This document shows, piece by piece, positions 53,063 to 61,600 of a stretch of DNA of 64,000 nt. Under the pieces are notes generated by a model, which had not been told where the DNA came from, ran no database searches, and saw nothing but the letters and a program-made list of their open reading frames with translations. The position numbers were made by a program, and so were the translations under genes. Source of the DNA: Candidatus Omnitrophota bacterium. Lineage in GTDB: Bacteria; Omnitrophota; Omnitrophia; Omnitrophales; Aquincolibacteriaceae. The DNA lies in the NCBI GenBank assembly GCA_043808175.1, contig JAZDFE010000002.1, positions 4,906 to 68,905 on the forward strand. Reading direction: 5' to 3'. The stretch's first letter is position 1. The number at the start of each line of letters is the position of its first letter.

Positions 53063-54358
53063 TCAGGCCTCTTCGATGCGAATGACCTGGGTCTTGCCCT
53101 TGATACAGGACATGCCGTCGATCTCGCGGACCGCGGCCCTCAGGTCTTTTTCGTGGGTATCATGCGTTAAAAGGATGAGCGGCACCACGCGCCCCGCGCT
53201 GCGTTCACGCTGCATGACGTCCGAGATGCTGATCTTGTGTTTTCCGAGGATCTTCGAGATATTCGCGAGCACGCTGGGTTTGTCGATCACATAGAACCGT
53301 AAATAATAGCGCGACAGGATCGAGAAAATGCTTTTCACCGGGAGGGTCTTCCCGAGCGCCCGGACCATGAACCGGTCCTCTGCGGGCCCCGCGACTCCGG
53401 CTTTCGCGATATCCACCAGGTCCGCGATCACCGCGCTCGCGGTCGGATGCGGCCCCGCTCCGCGGCCGTAAAAAAGCACGTCGCCCACTTCGTCGCCGCG
53501 CATGAGGATCGCGTTGAACGATCCGTTCACGTTCGCGAGGATGTGCGAATTCGGCAAAAGCGTCGGCTGAACGCGCGCCTCCATACCCTCCCCCGACCGC
53601 TTGGCGATCGCGAGCAATTTGATCGTGTACCCGAATTCTTTGGCGAAGGCAATATCGTCGCTTGAGATCTCGGTGATCCCCTCGCAGTAAATGTCCTTGA
53701 ACTTCACTTTCCCGCCGAAAGCGAAACGGGCGAGGATCGCGAGCTTGTGCGCGGCGTCGTGCCCGCTCACGTCAAGAAAAGGGTTCGCCTCGGCAAAACC
53801 CTGCTTCTGGGCGCCGGTCAATGCTTCCTTAAAACTCATGCCCTTGGCGGTCATCTGGGTCAGGATGTAATTCGTGGTCCCGTTGATAATGGCGTGCATC
53901 GAATCGATACGGTTCGCCGCAAGTCCTTCACGAAGCGCCTTGATGCACGGAATGCCGCCTCCCACGCTCGCCTCAAAACAAAGCCAGCGTTTCATCCGGT
54001 GCGCGAGTGCGAAGATCTCATCGCCGTGCTCGGCCAGAAGGGCTTTATTAGCGGTCACCACATGTTTGCCGTTTTTGAGCGCTTCTTTGATCAACTGCCG
54101 GGCGACCGTTGTGCCGCCGATCAGTTCGACCACGACATCAATGGACGGATCCCGCACGACGGCAAAAGCGTCCCGGGTCATGATACTTTTCGGAGGATGG
54201 ACTTTTTTATTCCGCCCGGGATATTTCTCCGCGATCCTCGCGAGCTCGAAAGACACCCCGAGCTGGCGGGCGAACAAAGCCTTCTTCGCCTTAAGGATCT
54301 CATAAAGTCCGGTGCCGATCTGTCCCAACCCGAGAAGTCCGATCTTGATCTTTTTCAT
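53063..54358 (-). CDS. hom: homoserine dehydrogenase
   Basis: Trimmed to the ATG at 54358, which has GAGGAG upstream. NAD-binding [11 protein letters not shown], catalytic domain, C-terminal ACT domain. Confidence 0.92.
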   Translation of the reverse strand: MKKIKIGLLGLGQIGTGLYEILKAKKALFARQLGVSFELARIAEKYPGRNKKVHPPKSIMTRDAFAVVRDPSIDVVVELIGGTTVARQLIKEALKNGKHVVTANKALLAEHGDEIFALAHRMKRWLCFEASVGGGIPCIKALREGLAANRIDSMHAIINGTTNYILTQMTAKGMSFKEALTGAQKQGFAEANPFLDVSGHDAAHKLAILARFAFGGKVKFKDIYCEGITEISSDDIAFAKEFGYTIKLLAIAKRSGEGMEARVQPTLLPNSHILANVNGSFNAILMRGDEVGDVLFYGRGAGPHPTASAVIADLVDIAKAGVAGPAEDRFMVRALGKTLPVKSIFSILSRYYLRFYVIDKPSVLANISKILGKHKISISDVMQRERSAGRVVPLILLTHDTHEKDLRAAVREIDGMSCIKGKTQVIRIEEA

Positions 54359-54411
54359 ATTTCTCCTCAAGCAAACGCCCTAAGTTCAGTAATGACAAAA
54401 CCTTAAGTCGG

Positions 54412-54500
54412 GGCAGCACTGATTCTCATTGATTGAAAATTATAATGTAATCAGTGCAGTCCTGGCTACCTTCAATTTCCAATAAAAGCCAGGGCAGTAT
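54412..54500. repeat. hairpin-module array (two modules)
   Basis: CTGATTctcattgattgaaaattataatgtAATCAGtgcagtc + CTGGCTaccttcaatttccaataaaAGCCAGggcagtat. Confidence 0.75.
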
Positions 54501-54547
54501 ATCCCACCCCAAAGTAAAAATCAAACAGCCCTTGCCCTTGAAATGCC

Positions 54548-54595
54548 GCACCACGCCAACCGCTCCACGCGCCACGTGGCACGTGCTACGAGGTG
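54548..54595. repeat. GC-rich heptad palindrome upstream of hom
   Basis: gcaCCACGccaaccgctCCACGcgCCACGTGGcaCGTGCtaCGAGGtg, centred on CACGTG. Confidence 0.8.
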
Positions 54596-54685
54596 TTTCA
54601 GCATTTCCAACGGAGTTTACTTTAAAAATGATTTATGTATACTATTCCCCTGTTTTCCGTCATAAACTAAATAAAGGGTCCACCT

Positions 54686-55111
54686 ATGAAAAAGGGTTAT
54701 CTTGTTATTCTTGTTCTTTTGACCACCGTCATCCAACTCGGCATGGCGCGGTCCGGCCAGTATGATGAAGACGCGCGCGCGCAGGAAAAGATCCAGAAAC
54801 AAATGGATAACGAGAACCTAACCCCTGAAAAGAGCCATCCCGCAAAAAATTTCGCGACGGGAGTTAAAGAAATGACGGTTGATAATGTGAAGGACACTCT
54901 CGACGATACGGCCCACAGCACCATGAGCGAAAAGCCGGTGGTCGGGACCCTGGACGGAACGCAGCAGGCAGGAGAAAAGGTCGTCGATAACACCATCAAG
55001 GGCGTCAAGAAGGTCGTTTCTCTCGGCTACGCGAAAAACGATCATTACGAGATCGAACAGGCCGAAAAGGGCTCCGGCGACGCCGCCAAGATCAAGCTCT
55101 TCAAGTTCTAA
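54686..55111 (+). CDS. secreted hypothetical protein
   Basis: Signal-like MKKGYLVILVLLTTVIQLGMA. The 141-aa hydrophilic mature part has no motif. Confidence 0.6.
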   Translation: MKKGYLVILVLLTTVIQLGMARSGQYDEDARAQEKIQKQMDNENLTPEKSHPAKNFATGVKEMTVDNVKDTLDDTAHSTMSEKPVVGTLDGTQQAGEKVVDNTIKGVKKVVSLGYAKNDHYEIEQAEKGSGDAAKIKLFKF

Positions 55112-55131
55112 AAACGACGCAGCGCTTCAAC

Positions 55132-55165
55132 AAAAAAGCCGGGTCAAAAAAGCCTGGCTTTTTTT
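55132..55165. terminator. bidirectional intrinsic terminator
   Basis: AAAAAA-AGCCGGG-tcaaaaaag-CCTGGCT-TTTTTT. It has an A-run upstream and a T-run downstream, so it reads as a terminator on both strands. Confidence 0.65.
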
Positions 55166-55393
55166 GTGCCTCAACCCAATAGACTTGGGTGCATCCCCCT
55201 TCCGCTGTTTATTTGTCTCTTTATTGAGCCCTCCGTCGGGAAGTGTGTTTCGCCAACGTTCGCCATGCCCCGCCGAGGCATGACTTCACTCGCAAGCGTC
55301 GGCCTCGATGAAAAACCGTGGCTCTCGGCCTCCTTAGCGTGGCTCGCCGCACTTCCCGCCGTCGGCTCAAGAGAAGGCGAAAAGTTGAGATGA

Positions 55394-55552
55394 GGCAGGC
55401 AGGAATCGTAACGAGACAGCTCTCGGAGCTGATGGGAGCTTGGTTCCGTTCCTCATGAACGGATCCCATCAGCGAGAGCGCAGGCTGGCACTCGCCGCTG
55501 GAGCGAGTGAACAGCCGGTGTTGAGAGACGATTCCTGCCTGCCACCCTGCCC
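55394..55552 (+). ncRNA. conserved multi-stem element, copy B (transcribed strand unknown)
   Basis: 16-bp closing helix GGCAGGCAGGAATCGT / ACGATTCCTGCCTGCC. Nested hairpins CAGCTC-tcg-GAGCTG, CTGATGGGA...TCCCATCAG around TCCGTTC-ctcat-GAACGGA, and CACTCGC-cgctgga-GCGAGTG. It shares four sequence blocks with copy A. Confidence 0.5.
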
Positions 55553-55619
55553 ATTCCGTCTCGCGAGCGAGCCTCACCGCATTGGGATTGCTTCCAAGGT
55601 ATCCAGCTGGAATAATAAA

Positions 55620-58600
55620 TTAGGCTGCTACGGCGAAGGCGAGGGTGGCGTCGTAACTTCTCTGTAGGGCATTGACCAGGGACTCGGCAACGATCCAGAA
55701 CCCGTCCCGGCCCCGGCTTATTTCCCGAAGCCGCGCATCTTCCCCGCCGGACCACGCCCAAAGAAGCGCTGCCGCCAAGGTTCCGCCGTTTTGCCCCTGG
55801 GTCTTAAAGAAAGAGACCTTCTTCCTCAGACGTTGGACCAACTCCTGGGAGGGAAGGATCTTCTTTGAAAGATGAATGCTCGGCGCGCCCGGCCGGTCAA
55901 AGCTGATCTGCGACCCGGCAAGATCTCTGTCGGTCCTCGTCACGCGGTCCAGTTTAAGCAAAGCGCCAAGTTCTTTATCCTGCACCTGGCCGCGCTCGTT
56001 ATAGACCACGATCCGGACCCCCCGGCCGGAAAGAGCCGCGTAAAAATATTCGTTCTTCTGCGCCAGAGAAAGATTGGGGAAATCCTCGGCGTCCACGAAC
56101 ACCGTCGCAAGCTGCACGCTCTTGCGGATGGCTTTCACCATCTTGTCCTCACGCATCTCCGCCCGATTCTTCGGATCGGGACGGATCCGTCCTTCGCTTT
56201 GCAAAGGCGGATCGAAATGCTGGCTTTCGGCTTCGCTCAACGCCCTACGCTCAACACCCAACGTATTTTTTTCTTCCGTCCCCTGTTTCCCCTTCTCCGT
56301 TTCCCCGGATATTTTCCTCACCTCCGACCGCCCGACTGCGCCGGAACGTGGCACCTTGTCTGTGACAAACACGCGCTGTGCGGTCCAGTTAAGGGTGGCA
56401 CGGCGGTTCTCAGATTGAACAGAAACATCGGAAGATCTTTTCCAACCCGCCCACAATCTTTGTTTCAACGCTTCGAACGCGGTCCGGTCCCCAAAATAGT
56501 CCCGCATGAGATCAGGCATCGCATCATCCAGCGCGGCGCTCTTCGCTTTGATGAACCCCACGGGGCTGAATGCAACGGGCTGTGATTCTTTTTTATAAAT
56601 GAAGAACATGACAATGATATCGCGCCCATTCGCATCCAGAAAAGCGCTCTGAATAAACCACTGCCGTTCGGCTTCCAAGGATTCTGCCAATTGCAGGGCG
56701 GCATCCCGGAGAGCCTTGCTATCGCCGGACCGTAATGCAATATGGGGAACGGGATAGCCGGTTTTTCCGATCGAGACGTCCCCAGCCTCTTCTTCGGGAA
56801 CAAAACTACCGCGAAATTCTGCCATGGGAACGACTTCCGGAGGATACAGATGGAGATGCATATGCGGCACGAAAGCCTCCGAACGATGGAACTCCGTAAC
56901 GGCACCCGCGCGCACCCAGCCAAACTCGACGTCAAGGGCTTTTTCCGTGAGCCACTGTTTCTGCCATTTTTTTGTAACGATCAGCGAATCGAATTCCACT
57001 TTCGGATACGTGCCGGCCCTGACGAAATAATCTGGGTTGAAAGGATCCTGAAAATACTTTTCGGCACTTTCGGCGTCGTACGACTCTTTGTTATCAAACA
57101 AAGATTCTGCATCTCGATTCACACTGACCGCGGGCCGGGCATTCAGCTTCGGCAGAAGAAGTCTTTGAAATGGCCCGTATTTCCTCATTGGGACCAGGGC
57201 CGGATCATAAGCCAACGGTACCTTCCGGTCGTTCGTGACGGGCATTACGGCCGTTTGCGTTTGCTCCCAAAAAACACGGCTTTCATCGAATTTCTTCCAC
57301 CATGAACGCCTTAATTCCTCGACCAGATTCGTACCGGAAACCACCTTCTCTTCGACAACACTGCTTCGCGCCCCTTGAGAAATCTCCTTCCGCGGCGGAA
57401 CAGTCTCATTGTAAACGCTCGAAAGAACGACCGCCGCTTCTTGAGTAGAAAGCGGCAAGTTCGGACTGGGGAATGCTTGTTTGGACAATCGCGCATGAAA
57501 AGCGTTTAAGTAAGCCTTTGTGAGATCCCGTAACGTGACAGACAAGGCGAATCGTTCGTCGACAAAGCGTCTCCCGGCTTCCGCCATTCGATCCCTCTTT
57601 CCCTCATCGATCACGAGCTCACGGATCCTTTCCGCCAGTTCCTGGGGATCGCCTCTCCGGGTCACAAATCCCGTTTTACCGTTTTCCAAAGTTTCCGGAA
57701 GACCTCCGCCGTCCGAAACGATCACCGGTACACCGCTGGCTTGTCCCTCAATGGACACGATACCAAAAGGCTCGGAACCGAGGGTAGGATAAACTGCCAT
57801 GGAGGACAGGTCATACCAATCCCTCATACGCTCGCTCGGCTGGTCTTCCACGAATATCACGTCAACGCCCAACTGTCTTGCCAGTTGCCGCAAACGGAAA
57901 CGCTCCCGGGCTGCAGGATCCCTTTCCGGTCCGACGATCACCACAACGACCTTCGCGGCCAACCCGGGATCTTTCTTGATCAATGCCGCTACCGCCCGGA
58001 TCGTGACCTCCTGCCCCTTCCGGGGAGTGATCCGGCCGGGATGCAAAATAACCTTCCGGCCCTGTAAACCATATTGGTCCTTGAGTTTTTGAACGGCCCG
58101 GCGATCGTTTTCCGTCCTCGCGGCGCTGAAGTAGCTCATATCGGTCACGGGATAGAGCGTTCCGACGTTCTCGATCCCTAATCCGGAAAATACCTTTTCA
58201 TAAGCCTTGCTGCCCGTGACTGCGGTATCGGCATGACGGATCAGATAACGGACGCCTTCCGTGATCGGCCCTCCGTGAAAAAAGTATTGAGAAGCCACGG
58301 AAAACCGGTTCGCAAAAGAAAGCGCTTTTTGCATCATCTGAAAATGGGGCGTCGAACTGTTTAAGGCGATCAATTGGATGGGTTCGCGGGCATGGATCTT
58401 TTCAAGCGATCGCCCCACATGATCGGCTTGTTCTTGATCGCTTAAGACAGCGCCGGCCGCTGTCCTTGCGGGGATCCCGTGGAGCACAAGCCCATTGCCG
58501 GTCTTGAGATTCTTTAAGGAATTTTCCGTGGGTGCCGTTGCGAAATTCAAATAGAGCCAGTCAATGGTCAGGTTCTTCTCGGTCCGCAGCAGCGCCTTGA

Positions 58601-61600
58601 TCATATTGCTTTGATAAGTCTGTACCCCGCCTGTCGTGAGCTGCAGCGGGCAGAAAAAAACAAGATGCCTCACGCCCTGGGCGCTCAGGCCTTCGCCCGG
58701 GGCCCGCTGCGAAGGGATCGTGTTCAAGTCCACAAAAAAAGAGGCCCATGCCCGGACAAACCCTTGTTCCGGTTCTTCCACCGCCGTTCGCACCTCGGAT
58801 CGATTTCCGATTCCGTCAGTCAGTCTCTCTTTGTCCGGTCTATCCGGATCATTCGCATCCTCATCCCGCATCTCGGAACGGGCTTGGGAGCTCGCGGAAG
58901 ACCCCGACAACTGGCCCAGGATCTTCCATCCCGTCCGGCGAACGATCTCCGCCATCATTCCCGGACCCCAACTGTTCATCTCGGCATTATTAAGATCGAT
59001 GATCCTTCTGAAATCGTCTTGCTGCTCGGGACCGCGTCCGGGACCGATCTCCGAAGCATATAAACTCAGAAAGCCGGGGATCCTTGCCGCCAACACTTCA
59101 TCGCGATATTCCTTTTCGAACCCGCTTTCGCGGATCACTAATTCCTGATGTGGGCGAGGACCGTAAATCGTCATTTCCCCCTTCAGGATGTTCCAAAGTT
59201 GCGGAAGCTCATCGATCCCCGAATATTTCAAAAAAGATCCGAGGGGAAATTCGAACAACTTAATGGGCTCATTCTTTCGATCGAGGCTCCTCAATTCAAA
59301 GATCGTGAAGGGTTTCCCGCGAAATCCGACCCTCTTCTGTTGAAAAAGCCACGACATCTTCGGATTCGCGATCTTGATCAGAGGGATCAAAACCGCGAGC
59401 AATGCCATGGACGGGATCGCCGCGATCATGACCGTTGTCAGATCCAGCAGCCGCATCCAGGAAGAGGTTGGAGAAATCGCAAAAAAAGAACGGTTCTGTC
59501 CAAAATCTTGCCGCATCTCGGAGCGCGTGACGAATTTCTCATCTCCAGCAATACGATTCCTAGAGATGAACTCCATGGAGTTTCGAGCCGCCCTTTTTAT
59601 CTCTTTATATTCATCACCTTGTTTTGTGATTAACTCCTGCAGAATAGATCGCGGTGTATGAAGGTTGCAGCCTAACGCGAAGAGGATACCCAAAAGTGAA
59701 TGTTTACCACCATATTGAGTAGCATCAAGATGATAAATATTTTCTAAAACGGTGGAATACATGCTATTCCAGGCCAGAGCAAACAGGATAGGATAGCCAT
59801 CATCGCCTCTGGCGATGCCCGCTCTCAAAACCTCCAGTTGGTCTGCCCTAGCACTTTTCTTTTCCTTATCCCAGGCCTTGTTGAAAAGTTTCACCCAGTC
59901 ATGCCCTCGATTAAAGGCTTCCAAGGAAGCGCAAATCATTCTTTCCTTGATTTTCATCACATTCTTTTTATGAGCTTCAAGGCGTTTGAACACGGCCTCG
60001 CCTGATTGAAGCCCCAATTGTGGCGCTAATCGATCTGCAAAATCATGCGTGATAACGTCTCGCATATCCCTGCCTTTAAGAAACTCCTGGCCAGCTTGAG
60101 GATTTTCATGGTTTTTTTTGATTAATTGCTGAGGAGATTCGTCGCGAATTTTGTGTAGTGTTTCTCGGACGCGCAGAAAAAAGTCCAGAGCCAATTCGAG
60201 CTGTTCAAACTCGCTGGCACTGATCGTGCCATTCTTTCGCATGTTGTTCAGAACTTCGATCGAGCTCATGCCCAAGGAGCGGAAGGCGGTCTTGCCAATC
60301 ATGCAAATCGTAAGAATATCCCGCATCATTCCCCAGCCCTTTTTGATGCTCCTTAGATCTAGAGATTCAAGATTGCGATGCTCCCTCTCATAATCCCAGG
60401 CATCAAAAAAGATGCTGACAACAGCGATCGGATCTTTTTCGATATTAAAAAGAAATGGGTAATGGGGAGTCGCTTGTATTTGCGAATACAAGTTTGAGTC
60501 ACCGATTATAAAAGATAACTGTTTTGCTTTTTCAGCATCAAAGGGATTGCCCCTACATAACTCCTGGAATTCCTCCACCGTCCCCGTCCACGCGTCGATA
60601 TCGTTATATCCTCTTTCCTGTATAGCCGAGATAAATTGATCCCGAAACAATTGTTGATCGTCCTGTTTTGAATCAAAGACGATAAAAACATCAACGTCTG
60701 AATTATAGGTCATCTCCTCCCGGGCAACACTTCCCGCGCCAAGAAGAGCTATTTTTCGGCCTGCCCAAGCCGGATTTTTATATACCCCTTCAAAGGTTGC
60801 TCGACTGGCCTCAAGAAATCTTGCGGTATTAGCTTTGGCCACCGAAATCCCTGAAAAACTCGAATGATCAGTCACATTTGGCGCCAGCCCTTCCTTTTGT
60901 GGATTAGTCCGCATTTCGGAGCGAGATCCTTTGCTATCCTCTCCCTTCGGACGACGTCCGGTGTCGATGGTGATAAGGGATGATGGGTTGGGGTTCATTG
61001 CCTTATGAAATATTAATAGCGGGAGGTTGAATGCCTTATTGCTTTCTCTTGCAGCAGGCAGAATGACTGACATTAAACGCCCTTCCGCATCGACTAATTT
61101 AGCTGCCTCGATTTCATTAAAAAGTGCGGCCCTTTGCGCGACAAACTTCTCACCAGCAGCATCGATCGCTGCGTTAAGAGCACTGTCCCGCGAAGCTTCT
61201 GGAGCGCGTTCCGCCTCAAGATAGGAGTCGACGATCCCTTTTACAAAATCAAAATCAAGCTTCCTCAGTTTCAGAAGATAAGTGTCTATATTTTTGTCAT
61301 TGCTCAGCCCATTAAAGTTAAGCGCATTTAACCAACGCCACTTCAGAAGGCCATGAAGTATTTTGAATATTGCATTCAAGATATCTTGAATGATCTTAAC
61401 CGCTTCAACAACAACAGGCTGGGTAATCTTCCAATTAGAAACGCTAAAATAAAACCTCTTTTTGATCCGGCCAAGATATTTGATGGTCCCATCCGCCACT
61501 TTTTCCCAATTTTCGATGATCTTCTGGATTTCTGGGACGTTGGGATCCTGATAATTTGAGTCATAGGAAAGATTGTCCAGCTTCATCGGCCCGGTCGTCA

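Noticed and set aside
55166-55667. Three overlapping 75-118-aa ORFs in the convergent gap, considered as possible small proteins.
   Set aside because: They are mutually overlapping, have no motifs or SD sequences, and coincide with extensive nested inverted repeats that are better explained as nucleic-acid structure.
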